Source of the DNA: Eledone cirrhosa
Lineage: Eukaryota
Direction: 5' to 3'
NCBI GenBank assembly: GCA_964016885.1
Contig: OZ024740.1
Span: forward strand, 85,002,001 to 85,066,000
Length of the DNA stretch: 64,000 bases
The notes below the pieces were generated by a model. The model had not been told where the DNA came from and ran no database searches. It worked only from the letters and a program-made list of their open reading frames with translations. Positions 41,778 to 54,300 of the stretch are shown here, piece by piece (positions within the stretch are counted from its first letter, which is position 1; every line of letters starts with the position of its first letter). The translations under genes were made by a program, and so were the position numbers.

Positions 41778-42420
41778 TCATCATCATCATCATCATCATC
41801 GTTTAACGTCCGTGTTCCATGCTTGCATGGGTTTGGACGGAGGGTTTTCCCACTTGAGGCAAGAGTGGTTATCTTGCTCGCATAGGACTATCTGGCGGGT
41901 TTTCTACAGCTGGATGCCCTTCCTAACACCAACCACATTTACAGTGTGGGGCTGGGAGGTTTTTACCGTGTTGCCTACACGGCCACATTACAGCGTGAAC
42001 TGTGTGTTTTTTTGACGTGACACCTACACGATCTCATTTGTTTCGGCCTGGATGTTGTGGCACCAACATAACTTTACATTGAAAGGGGCGGTGTGGATGG
42101 GGTGGGGGTGGTGGGACGGGGGTGTATTTTGTTAGAGATGCCTACTGACTGTAGTAGGTTTTACTTTGTATTTAGGTAAGGCGGGTCTTCTCTATTACTG
42201 AGTACCGCCAAAGGTCTCGGTCCAGTGACATTGTCTTGGTGAGGTGTAAGTGTGTGAGGTCGGAATTTATCAGCTCGTCCCAGGTTTTTCTGGGTCTGCC
42301 TATTCCGTGGCTACCGTCTATCTTTATTGCCCTGCACTTTGTTATACAGCTATCGTCCTTCATGCGCATCACGTGACCATACGAACGTAGCCTTCTCTCG
42401 AGTAAACAACATCTGATCCC
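41778..42420 (-). mobile_element. RTE-A LINE, short 3' copy
   Basis: (CAT)n tail, 3' UTR, and ORF 42172-42474 ending IEKTRLT. Confidence 0.93.
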
Positions 42421-42478
42421 TCCGAGATAAAATCCACAGGGTAAGATCCAGTAACTGTGCTTATGTGACATCACAGAG

Positions 42479-42513
<35 letters not shown>

Positions 42514-43022
42514 TTACTCTATTATGTGTTCCAGTCGGCAGGCTGAGGCCATGCTGGGGCAAATATCTATATATATATATATATATTATTGAATAAAGGT
42601 TATAGGTGGAATTAAGACATCCCATTACGTATGTTTCACTAATAACAAAAACGTCAAGAATGAGTTACTGTATATACTCGTATATAAGGTGAGAAATATA
42701 TAACAAAAAAAAACCGTAAAATAGTCAACATATATTTGAGGCCATTTTTTTTTTTTTCTTTTTTTTTCTTTTTTTGCCAATTTTCACCAACTTCAAAATT
42801 ATACATAAATGAAGTGCTGAAATATGTTCGTTTTGGAGGTGAATATAAGACCAGTTTTACTGTGGAGGTGAAAATGACACTGGTTTCACTTTTGACGTGA
42901 AATTTGTATTTTCTATTGTTTTTTTTTTATGTTTTGAATGAATATATCCTTCAAAATGATCGAAAATTTGTAAAAAAAATCTTTACGTAATGGAGTTGTG
43001 AAACAAAAACTATACTCTAAAT

Positions 43023-43930
43023 CAGTGGTTGCCAACATGGGTTCCGCGGAACCTTGGGGTTCCGTAAAACAAACTCCGAGTTCCTTAAAAAAATAAATAT
43101 TTACATTACCATTAATATTTTGGGTTTTCTGAAAAAGGTGCAAAGAAAATGACAAAGGTGCAATGTATAAATGAACGAGTACTATTGTAGTGTACACAGG
43201 TTCTCCACTCCAATTCGTGGAAATTGAATACTTTCAATTTCACATCAATTCATATCAATTTTTTGATTTCCATGTGTCTAACACACGTGGGCATGCCCAC
43301 AAAGTCAGAAAACAGCACAGTTCCCATGCTTTCGGAAACATTTTTTCACGCTCAGAGTTGCTGAAGCATGGAACAAACTGCCTGCATCGGTTGTTAGCTG
43401 TCGAGACACTGCATCCTTTAAGGCATCCATGCTTCCCGAGATCCGCCAACACTACACCTAATGTTCCCCCTCCATACACATACACACATGTATACCATGA
43501 CTGATACACTATTCACTTCCCTGACATTTGTGTATTATTTTATGTACTATACATACACCTTTGACGAGTTGTAGTGCAGCTGAGCACTTTACACAATCAT
43601 TTCATTATTATTATTCTTGGAAATACATAGTTTTCTGAATTCCGAGAATTTGACTACTACTGATAATACACTAATTGAACTTAGAAATTGACCAATCACA
43701 AACAAGTAAATGTTGGTCGGTGACAGCATAACTTTAAACTGAAAACTTCAGTTCAGCGAGGTCTCTCAGCCGAGAGACTGGGTCAGTTCGCTGTTCTCAC
43801 AACGTAAGTTCACTAAAATAAATAAATACTTTATTATTTTTTTTTTGAAAAGTTTTGTATTGTATAGGTTCCGTGAAGAATTCAAAATATTTAGAGGGTT
43901 CCTCGGTTTTAGAAAGGTTGGCGACCATTG
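43023..43930. mobile_element. hAT (Charlie-type) MITE with 8-bp TSD
   Basis: TIRs CAGTGGTTGCCAAC / GTTGGCGACCATTG. TSD CTCTAAAT at 43015-43022 and 43931-43938. Subterminal GGTTCCG repeats. Confidence 0.9.
43260..43615 (+). mobile_element. CR1-clade LINE 3' fragment inside the hAT MITE
   Basis: Matches 14946-15328 (FHVSNTRGH...) and ends in (ATT)n. Confidence 0.92.
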
Positions 43931-44807
43931 CTCTAAATGACATAAAACATTTTAAATATCAAAATATTAAAACTTCATACATTCTCCACTCATGAGAATT
44001 TCAAAACCGTACAATCTAATCATAACATGCTGATTACCTACTTTGGCTTATACATAGTGTTTGAATTTTTGCTTATTTCTCAGGCATAAAATAGGGGTCA
44101 GCTTATATTTGAGTGTATACAGTAAGTACATTTGTTTTTAAAAACAAAAATATCTTCCTATTGACATAGTTATTAAATTGTCAGCTCATCAGAAATGAAA
44201 TGGATATGCCATTAGTCCATGAAATTTGATAGAAACAAAAGATTACCTCCTCTCTCTATATAACTTTAATGTTAATTGAATGTCGGTGTTGTATTTTATC
44301 ACTGCAATCAGCAAACTATGGCCAAAACAGATTTAAGCACTTTATCTCAGTTGCACCTAAGTGAGATCTAGTATCATATAAACCAGTACCCAATGGAGTA
44401 TTCATATATTAATATATATGAAGATACAGTTCTACTTTTCCTGACTTCAATTCATTAAATAATGACAATTATGTACATTTCAGAGGCATATGTTTAAAAC
44501 CACACTATTTAAAAATGTGTAGGATGTAGACTCAATGTATAGGGTACATATAAATTCACTTGGAAAAATATTTCATATCCCTGCAGCTGTTGATGCTTCT
44601 GGGAAGAGAATGAATGACACAACATTCAAATTTAGTGTATTTCATTATAGAGTTAAAAAAGGTTAATGTTTCTAATGAAATACACTGACAATGTATCTCA
44701 ATGTATTTTGAAAATAACCAAAATATCATTAATATAGCTTAACTTTTTTATTATTAAGCTGTTGTTTTGTATGCAGCAGATGCATTGTGAGTAGCAAGCC
44801 TTTAGAG

Positions 44808-45235
44808 TAGGGGTCGGCAACCTATGGCCCGCGGGCCGGATTTGGCCTGCGAAGGGATTTTGACCGGCCCTCGAAAACTGATGCCCAATGAGTTTATTTA
44901 AAATTTAAATTTTTTGTAATATGAGAGACGAGACTTTCGAATACAATAAAAAGCCTGCTGTTACATTCTTCCACAAATCTTCTGATTCACTCTACTTAAT
45001 GTTCACCACCAACTGGGTGTGAATGCTTTGACAGCAAAAACACAATTAAAAATTTGTTGTATTACTACATTCATCCGTGGTTAATACAAATTATTATTAA
45101 GTATAGTCAACACTCATGATTAAATTTTAGCTTGCATAATTTTCCATAATTATTCTTTTATAGACTTCGTTCGGCCCACTATCCGTCATTAATACTCAAT
45201 CCGGCCCGTGGAGCCAAAGAAGTTGCCAACCCCTG
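44808..45235. mobile_element. hAT (Charlie-type) MITE
   Basis: TIRs TAGGGGTCGGCAAC / GTTGCCAACCCCTG, TSD CTTTAGAG/CTTTACAG, subterminal CGGCCC repeats. Confidence 0.9.
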
Positions 45236-45334
45236 CTTTACAGCATGCATGAAATAGATACCCTCAATTGCTCGTGAGGCTCCCTAGAGGTTGTTGGCAG
45301 CCTTTGTTGCCCAGTTGACCTAATTATCAGTAGA

Positions 45335-45650
45335 GAAGGATACTCTGAAAGAGGTATCCAGAGTTAGTATAGTCAGGAGAATGTTTGGAGAGCTAGTATC
45401 TCTGCTGGCAACAGAAGGCTTCTCTCTTGCAGTGAGGGTAGGAGGACCTGTAATGCTTGCATGTGAGCAGCAATACTGCATAGCTGCGATCTTGACTGCA
45501 GAGAGCCTGCAAGGACTAGAGGAAGGTTAAGCAAGTATGGTCTTGTGGATGTGTACCATGGGTAAGTAGAGAGAAGGATTCTGTATGGGAGGTAGTATGC
45601 AAGAGGGAGTGCAACATCATGTGGAAAATGACAGCTGTATTAGGTGCAGA
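45335..45650 (+). mobile_element. Old, diverged relative of RTE-A/B (post-RT region)
   Basis: Degenerate match to GGCSES..RVR...FRELLPLLA.KGFSL...RLER.EA.M.RWMC. Confidence 0.65.
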
Positions 45651-47240
45651 GAAATCTCAGTGGGTGAGATTCATGGAATTGTCATTTCTCACTTCACCCT
45701 ACCCTTCATCCTTCTCTCCCCCACATCACCTCCTTGAATATTATCTCACTTATTGTCACCCATTCAATTACAATACTTATCACTCCCCTCTATGACATAC
45801 TGTTGTCCTCCCCGCCACCTATTGTCACTTATCCATGGCATCATACTTATCAATTCTAACCCCCCCCCCCCCCCCCGTCCTACTTCCATCAATAGGATAA
45901 AGAGGGCTCTTCAATTCTTCAATCAAGTCAGTGACCGACAATATCTCTAGTGTTGGTGACATGATAAAGTACACCCAGTACACTCTGTGAAGCAGTTGGT
46001 GTTAGAAAAGGCTTCCAGCCATAGGAACCACACCAGAAAGGGTTGAGGGAACTCAATCTTTCTTGTATTGTTGACATGATAAAATGCATCCAGTATGACT
46101 CGATCAGGGTTGATACAGTCAGTTTTGCTGGCCTTAAGCCAAGTCTATAAATAATTATGCTAAATATAAAGTACCAGTAATACACTGGTTAATTGCTGGC
46201 CTTGTGCCAAAAGTAGAAACAATTATTTTATATATACTATTATATTTTCATGGTAAAGGCTTTACCTCATGGAATATTGAATCTATGAGATTTTGAAAGT
46301 ATTTATTTTGAGAACAATACCTTAACATCAGTTTGAGCGACCAGTTACAGCCAGTTTCAACAGAAAGAGGTAGAGAATTTTGGCTGGTTTGAACACTAAA
46401 GGGTTAAGACTTTCTAAACAGCTTCAAAGTAACATAAAACAGTTCATGTATTTTAGGTAACATTTAAGGTGTTGTTGACGATAGTGATGATAATGATGTC
46501 TACACTTGTCAGTGTATATTTTTTATCAGTGTTTAATATATCACTGGATATTTTGGCATCACTTCTGTCTCCTGATTTTGGTGTCTGGAATATTTTATCT
46601 GATGGTCTTTTACTTACTGGTATCTCTGTATTTGCTGCTAATGTTTAAATGATGTTCCTTTCTTCAAAGATACTGCTTAATTATTTGGGCTTGTATAAAA
46701 TGTATTTTTAGACATCCTTGTTACTAAATTAAATACTTTATTATTAAATATTTAAATGTAGATGGTCTGTGTTATTTTTATGTAGCTATTTTCCTTCACT
46801 TTTTTTCTTTCTACAGTCATTCATCTTCACCCATCTTTATCAGTCACTCTTAGTCCTCTGTTTTTTCTTCTGTGTATTTGTTTACTTTTATATAAAATCC
46901 TTCCCCCATACAGTACTCTCTATTTTGAGTCTACATCAGCTGATAGCTGACATAAGACTATTTATCTTTCTCCTCTCCCTTCCTCCAGCCAGGACACATA
47001 TCAGTAGGCCACATGTCCTAATAGACAAAAAGTGTGCCCATCTATTTAGTTAACCAACCCTTTCATTGCTGTATATCTAACAAAAGACACTGCCTATGAT
47101 ATTTGAATAATTAAGAATTTGGAGAGATTTTGAAAAATAACTAACCTGAGTGTTCTCTCTCATACACATATGTATATATATATATATATATATTGAGTGC
47201 TTCAAATGACGCACCACCTATAACTGTTCTTACACAACTA

Positions 47241-47282
<42 letters not shown>

Positions 47283-47424
47283 TTCAACAATAATTTTCTC
47301 ACATAAATGTATGTGTGTGTATATATGTATTATATATATATATACTATTAATAATGAGTTCAAAACTCAGGCACTCCTTTACAATGAAATAGCTCGAAGA
47401 AAGAAGTATTTCTGAGCCGTGTAA

Positions 47425-48040
47425 TACAAGTTAATATAAATTAATATATTTGATAAACACAAATACCAACATATCCGTGTTTGTATTGTAAACGACTAAA
47501 GTTAGATTGAAAAATACTAATTATAATAATACAGTTTGCCTGTCTCGATTTAAAATAATAAATCAATAAAAACAAAGCATATTGGCAAATGGCCGTGGTG
47601 CTTGGACAAATTTAAATTTCAAAATCAAACCTGTTCCGTAGACAGGTTTAAACCTTAAAATCCAAATATGTTTCGAAAAATGAAGAAGTGGAAGAATACC
47701 GCATTTCTATCTCCTCAGCAAGCACCAGAAAAATTGGTATGTTCCACTTCAAAATATTTAAAAAGACTGTTTAACGCACATGGTTTTTCACATACGGTTA
47801 TCCAGTGTCTAGCTGCCCCATACTCATGCTGCTAGATTTTGAAATTTAAATTTGTCCAAGCACCACGGCCATTTGCCAATATGCTTTGTTTTTATTGATT
47901 TATTATTTTAAATCGAGACAGGAAAGCTGTATTATTATAATTAGTATTTTTCAATCTAGCTAACTTTAGTCGTTTACAATACAAGCACAGATATGTTGGT
48001 ATTTGTGTTTATCAAATATATTAATTTATATTAACTTGTA
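47425..48040. repeat. Foldback element with ~200-bp inverted arms and ~210-bp spacer
   Basis: 47425-47626 is the near-perfect reverse complement of 47835-48040. Both ends are TA. Confidence 0.92.
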
Positions 48041-48082
48041 TATATATTTATGGTTCAACAATAATTCTCTCTCACACATAAA

Positions 48083-48113
<31 letters not shown>

Positions 48114-48426
48114 GTATATATTATATATATAAATAATAATGATAATAATTGTTTCTACTTTTGGTACAAGGCCAGCGCATTACTGGTACTTTATTTTATC
48201 GACCCCGTAAGGATGAAAGACAAAGTTAACCTCGGCGGAATTTGAACTCAGATCAGAAAGGAGGGTAACTCTATGCTTCAAAGCATGGCGTCCGACCCTC
48301 TACCAATACTGCCAATCGATAATTGTTTCTACTTTTGGCACAAGGCCAGCAATTACCCAGTGCATTACTGGTACTTTATTTTATCGACCCCGTGAGGATG
48401 AAAGGCAAAGTTAACCTCGGCGGGAT

Positions 48427-48734
48427 AAGGATGATTTGTTATGTCTTCATTACGTTTATTGAGTTGTCATATGCGTTTCGCTATTGATCAGCTCAAGGTT
48501 CAATCTGTATCGATTTGGCCCGACTCTAGAATCGAAAGCTTGTCGGACCTCTGCTGTGGACCACAGCTGATCAATAGCGAAACACGTCACTACTCAATAA
48601 ACGTAATGAAGACATAACAAATCGTCCTTCTATTATTATATTTACACTCTGTTTAGTTCTACACCTCGTTACAAATGAGAAATTACGCATCGAGTGCTCA
48701 CTTGGGTGAACCTACAGTAACAGCACATTGCACC

Positions 48735-48738
<4 letters not shown>
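48427..48738. mobile_element. Penelope-like pLTR-type element with an inverted partial copy; homolog at 58480-58720
   Basis: 48427-48493 is inverted against 48566-48629. Carries hammerhead-like GCGAAACACGTC. Ends in (TA)n. Confidence 0.55.
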
Positions 48739-48778
<40 letters not shown>

Positions 48779-49371
48779 TTCAAGAATAAATAAGACAGTG
48801 ATGCAAAAACAGTCTTAAGTTCACACTTGGGAATGAAGATAAAAAAAAAACAATAAATAAATAAATCTCTCAACATTTTAGATATAAGTCCTTTATCAGG
48901 AAAGAGCAGGGTCTAGAGTGGACAAGTAGAAGTTGAGAGAAAGAAAAAAATTTCAGATGAGTGAAGAGGGCAGGCATGTGGTTTAGTGTGTGGGGGTGGG
49001 GTCCAAGGTTGAGAGCCTAGATGTATCATTGGTACTGTTGTGTGCAGATGGTGTGCATTTTGTGGTTGTGTATATTTCTCCTGTGTGTGTGTGTGTGTGT
49101 GTTGTTGATGGATCTTGCATGTTTGTGTATCTATGTGTGTCTGAATTTTTAATGTCTTTTTTTTTTTATGTGTGTGTGTGTTTATAGATCAGTAGGAGTA
49201 TTGGAACTTTATTTATTGATATTGACTTTGTGATAAGAATTTAGAATTTGTTTCCTGCTGTTGTGTCAATAATGGTATATGTTAGTGGGAGAGGCTTTAT
49301 TGTTCTGTTAGCAACTTCAGTGACTCTCACTTTCACTGTATATTACCAACTGTTCATTCATCATCATCATT

Positions 49372-50412
49372 ATGTTCTTGGTCCCCTTTTGTTTGTTGCA
49401 TACATTAATGACATAGATGCCAACTTAAAGAATGCCACAGTACTGAAATATGCAGATGACATCAAGCTGTACCTTGAAATCAAAAGGACAGATCCTGAAA
49501 TCTATAACTCTTTCCTACAATCAGACCTGGACACAATGCAGCAATGGATCACAGACTGGCAACTGAAGCTGGCTGTGGACAAGTGTACCACTGCATTTTG
49601 GGAGGAAAAATCCAGCGTCCACATACTCCCTCCACAACACTGATATCAAGAAGTCCTCTTGTGAACGTGACCTGGGCATTATTGTCAGCAGCGATTTGCG
49701 TTGGACAAAGCACGTTTCTAAAATTGTCAAGAAGGCCGAGGGGGTCTTGGCATCACTCAGCAAGACTTTTGTTAGCCGCTCTCCAGCTATCTATTTAAAG
49801 CTCTATACTGCTATGGTATGACCAGACTTGGAATTCGCATCATCAGTCTGGAACCCCTATTTTGCTCAGAACATTGACCTCCTGGAAACTGTTCAGAGAC
49901 GTGCAACCAAGCGCATACCCTCCATCAGACACCTACCATACTCTGAATGCCTTGCTTCTCTGAGCATGGATTCATTGAAGCTCCGACGTCTGGCAATGGA
50001 CTTGGTAAACACCCACAAAATTATTAACCATCTCGTCAACAACAACCCTGAGCACCTTTTTGATCTCCATGTGTCTAACACACGTGGACATGCCTACAAA
50101 GTCAGAAAACAGCACAGCTCCCATGACTTTTGGATACATTTTTTCACGCTGAGAGTTGCTGAAGCATGGAACAAACTGCCTGCGTCAGTTGTTAGCTGCC
50201 GAGACACTGCATCCTTTAAAACCCTCATGCTTCCCGAAATTCGCCAAAACTACACCTGATGTCCCCCTTCCATACATGTGTATATCATGACTCATGCACT
50301 GTTCATTTTCCTGACGTTTGTACATTACCATATGTACTATACATACAATTTTGATGAGTTGTAGTGCACCTGAGCACTGTACACAATCTTTTCATTATTA
50401 TTATTATTATTA
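49372..50412 (+). mobile_element. CR1-clade LINE, 5'-truncated
   Basis: VLGPLLFVAYIND..LKYADD, ORF 49828-50259 and an (ATT)n tail. Same family as 13395-15328. Confidence 0.93.
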
Positions 50413-51138
50413 TCGTTGTTTTAATGTCCACATTTCCTGCTAGCTGGATTGAATGGGTTTACATAGACCAAGTTAGTACTGAAGCTAGGCTACTGATCTC
50501 CCAGACAGGCCAAGGATCTGTCTTGCTTATGTATACTCTCACATTCTACTCACTACACAGGAGACAGGACTGAGGGGTCCTTCCAGCAACTTTCCATGCC
50601 CTTCCTGTCACCAATCACTTTATAACATGTATTAGGTGCATTTATCATGTAGATCACCAATACTAGGGAAGTTGTCATATCATTGACATGACTCAAAGGT
50701 CCTCTAGCCCTTTGTTTAGTGAGCTTCCTATCACCAACCACTTTATAGTTTGTACTGGGTGTGAAGAGTGGCTTCAGACTGTGTGACCCATCCAACCCAT
50801 GCCTGCATGGAAAGTGGACTTACAATGATGATGTATTAAGTAGCTTTTCTTCATCTCTATTTCAACAAACAAATGTTTGTTGAAATAGTCTTTCATATGT
50901 TGTATATACATGGTTACTAATGTTGGTCACTCACTACATCTGCTTATATATACTATATATTGATGATATGTCATATATAAATGGTTACTAATGTTGGTCA
51001 CTCACTAGATCTGGTTATATATACTATATATGTTCTATATATATATACACTATACATTGATATGTCATATATATAAATGGTTACTAATGTTGGTCACTCA
51101 CTAGATCTGCTTATATATACTATATATGTTCTATATAT

Positions 51139-51213
51139 CATGATGATCATCATCATCATCATTTTACGTCCGCTTTTCCCTGCTTGCAATTGTGGGACGG
51201 GAACTGATTCTGG
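51139..51213 (-). mobile_element. 75-bp (GAT)n-tailed RTE-type 3' end insertion with 8-bp TSD
   Basis: CTATATAT at 51131-51138 and 51214-51221. A related copy lies on + at about 58750-58803. Confidence 0.8.
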
Positions 51214-51315
51214 CTATATATATACTATATATTTGTATGATGTATATATAAATGGTTTCTAATGTTGGTCACTCACTACATCTGGTTATATATACAATAT
51301 ATGTTCTCTCTCTAT

Positions 51316-54300
51316 CATCATCACCATCATCACCGTTTTACGTCCGTTCTTCCACGCTAGCATGGGTTAGACGGGTTGTCCTGTTGTGGGCAGTGTCTGG
51401 TCGGCTGACCATGCCTTGCTCATACAGGAACTGATCTGGCTTGATTTCTACAGCTGGATGCCCTTCCTAACACCAACCTCATTTACAGTGAGTGCTGGGT
51501 GCTTTTTCGTGGCGCCTACACGTCCACTTTACAGTGTGGGCTGGGTGCTTTTTTGCCGTGGCACCTCCACGACCACCTTGCGGTGGGGGGGCATATTGTT
51601 TATATGCTTCAGCATGTACCCATGGGAGGTCGGGTACCCTGTATTACTGCGTGACGCCAGAAGTCACGGTCGTGTGTCATTGACTTTGAGAGGTGTAGTT
51701 GGGTAAGGTCGGCTTTTATCACCTCATCCCAAGTCATCTTGGGTCTCCCCACTCCGCGGTTTCCATCAACTTCTAGTGCTCTGCACCTTTTTATGCAGCT
51801 GTCATCCTTCATACGCATCACATGTCCATACCAGCGTAACCGCCTCTCCTGCACGCAGCATTTGATTCCTCTTATGCTCAGTCTCTCTCTCAATTCCTTT
51901 ATGCTTTGTCGTTCACGTATATTACTGTTACACATCCATCGGAGCATACAGGCTTCGTTTCTCTCTAATCTACGTAAGTCTTCCACCTTCAGCGCCCAGG
52001 TCTCACTACCATGCAACATCGCTGTTCGGATACACGCATCATACAGTCTGCCTTTCATTCTGAGGGAGAAGCCTTTTGCAGCTAGCAGTGGTAGTAGTTC
52101 CCTAAACTTCTTCCATCCCGTTCTTACCCTAGTTATTGTACTTTCTGAGCACCCACCTCCGTTGCTAATTCGGTCACCTAGGTAGCAGAAGCTGTCTACT
52201 GTTTCTACAGGGCCCTCCCAGAGATTGGTGGTACTTGTTTCCTGTGGCTGTTTGCTTGCTGTTTCAGCACAGCTGCTGCATGTGAATCCTACATTCTTAA
52301 TTAAGCTTCCTGAGATCCCGCTACATCTCTTGTGTACCCATTGTTTGCATTTGGGGCAGAGAATGGAGTTCCTACCTACACCTTTCCTACATACTGAGCA
52401 AGGCCATTTCCCTGAGGGGATCTGGGTTCTGTTTTCTCGTCTACTTATAAGGACCTTAGTCTTTGTCATGTTGACTTTGAGGCCCTTTCTCTCTAGTCCC
52501 TGCTTCCAGGTTTGGAATTTATTCTCTAGTTCTACCATAGATTCAGCTATGAGTGCGAGGTCATCAGCATACAGGAGTTCCCATGGGCATCCGGTCTTAA
52601 ACTCCTCCGTTATTGCCTGCAGGACTATGATGAACAGGAGAGGGCTAAGAACAGAGCCCTGGTGGACCCCAACCTGTACGCTAAATTCCTCGCTATACTC
52701 ATTGCCAATCCTAACTTTGCTGACTGCTCCCCTATACATGGCTTGTACCGCTTTCACAAGCCATTCATCTACTCCTAGTTTTCTAAGAGCCCACCAGATT
52801 ACTGCACGTGGAACTCTGTCAAAGGCTTTCTCAAGGTCGACAAATGCCAAGTAGAGTGGCTTACTTTTAGTTAGGTACTTTTCCTGTAATTGCCTCACAA
52901 GGAAGAGGGCATCAGTGGTGCCTTTCCCTGGTACAAACCCAAATTGCATCTCGTCTATATTCACCCGGTCCCTAATCAGCTGTGCTATAACTCTTTCTGT
53001 TACTTTCATGACCTGGTCCATCAACTTTATACCTCTATAGTTTCCTCTATCTAGTGCATCGCCTTTACCTTTGTAGCAGTTGACAATGATGCTACTGCAC
53101 CAATCTTTTGGTATGGCCCCCTCTAGTATTACCTGGTTAACGATACGTGTGGTTATAGTGTGACCTACAGACCCAGATGCCTTCAGCATCTCGGCAGCTA
53201 TACCCGATGGACCGGTTGCCTTCCCCATCTTCATATCTTTGATTGCCTTACTTACTACGTTGCTGCTGACTTGTACTGCTGGCCCCTCTATAGGGTCTAC
53301 TTGGGGTAGGGTCTCTTCTTCCCATGCATTCTCCTCATTTAGTAATCTATCATAATGACTCTTCCATGCATCTTTCTTCTCAGCACTTGTGAGGGCAAGC
53401 TCACCTTTATCATTCCGGATACACTTCTCTCCAATGACATCACAACTATCTCTGACACACTGCCTCGCAATCTTGAATACCTCCTGTTTCTGGTCCTCAC
53501 GTTGTAAAACATGCTTGAATTTTCTATCCTCTGCTTCCCTCCTAGCTAAGTATACTTGTCGCCTAGCTTCCCTCTTGGTCTCTATGTAATGTACCCTGCT
53601 CCCCCCGTTCTTCCATTCTTTCCATGCCTGTCTCTTGGCCTTGACTGCTTCATCTACCTTATTGTTCCACCACCAAGTCACTCTCCTCCTGCTTGAGGTC
53701 TTACTCCAGCCACAAACCTCATCCGTCGCCTCTAGTAAGTTATTTTTTAGGAACTCCCAGTTCTCTTCTACGTTAAATGTCTCTATCTGTTCTTCTTTAC
53801 TGTCGTAGGCGTTGAGTAAAATATCTTTAAATCTGTTACTGGTTGAGAGGACTTTCAGCTTCCAGATCTTTCTTCTCCAGGTTGGCCTCTGTTTCAGGGC
53901 TCGTCTAGTTCTGACCGTGAGGTCGCTGACAACTAAGCTATGTTGGGATGTACATTCCTCACTAGGGAAGGCTTTTGTGTTTACGACCGTCCATCTATCA
54001 CGTCCTCTGATGAGGATAAAATCTAACTGACTAGAGTGCTCCCCTGATCTATAGGTGATCAGGTGGTTGTCGGGTTTTTTAAAGTTTGTGTTACATATCG
54101 ACATGTCATTGGCGTCGCAGAATTCTAGAAGTCTGAATCCTTCCTCATTCCTTGTGCCAACTCCATGGCCTCCATGTACTCTATTGAAGCCGTCGCAGTG
54201 TTTACCTACGTGTCCGTTAAAATCTGCTGCAATGATTAGGAAGTCCTTGTCGTCTGTTAGAGCAGTAGTGTGTATTAGGGACTCGTAAAACCTATCCTTA

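Larger units (their letters stand above)
42668..44122. mobile_element. Tc2/pogo-like non-autonomous element interrupted by an hAT MITE
   Basis: Termini TA-CTGTATATACTCGTATATAAG ... CTTATATTTGAGTGTATACAG-TA. Homologous to 27731-28192. Confidence 0.8.

Noticed and set aside
46455-46645. Stop-free minus-strand stretch of about 65 codons and a small hairpin
   Set aside because: No start codon, clear splice sites, recognisable motif or known miRNA seed context.
51739-54288. Plus-strand ORFs overlapping RTE-B (and equivalents on other RTE copies)
   Set aside because: They are antisense shadows of the LINE ORF with no recognisable motifs. Their recurrence reflects copy identity.
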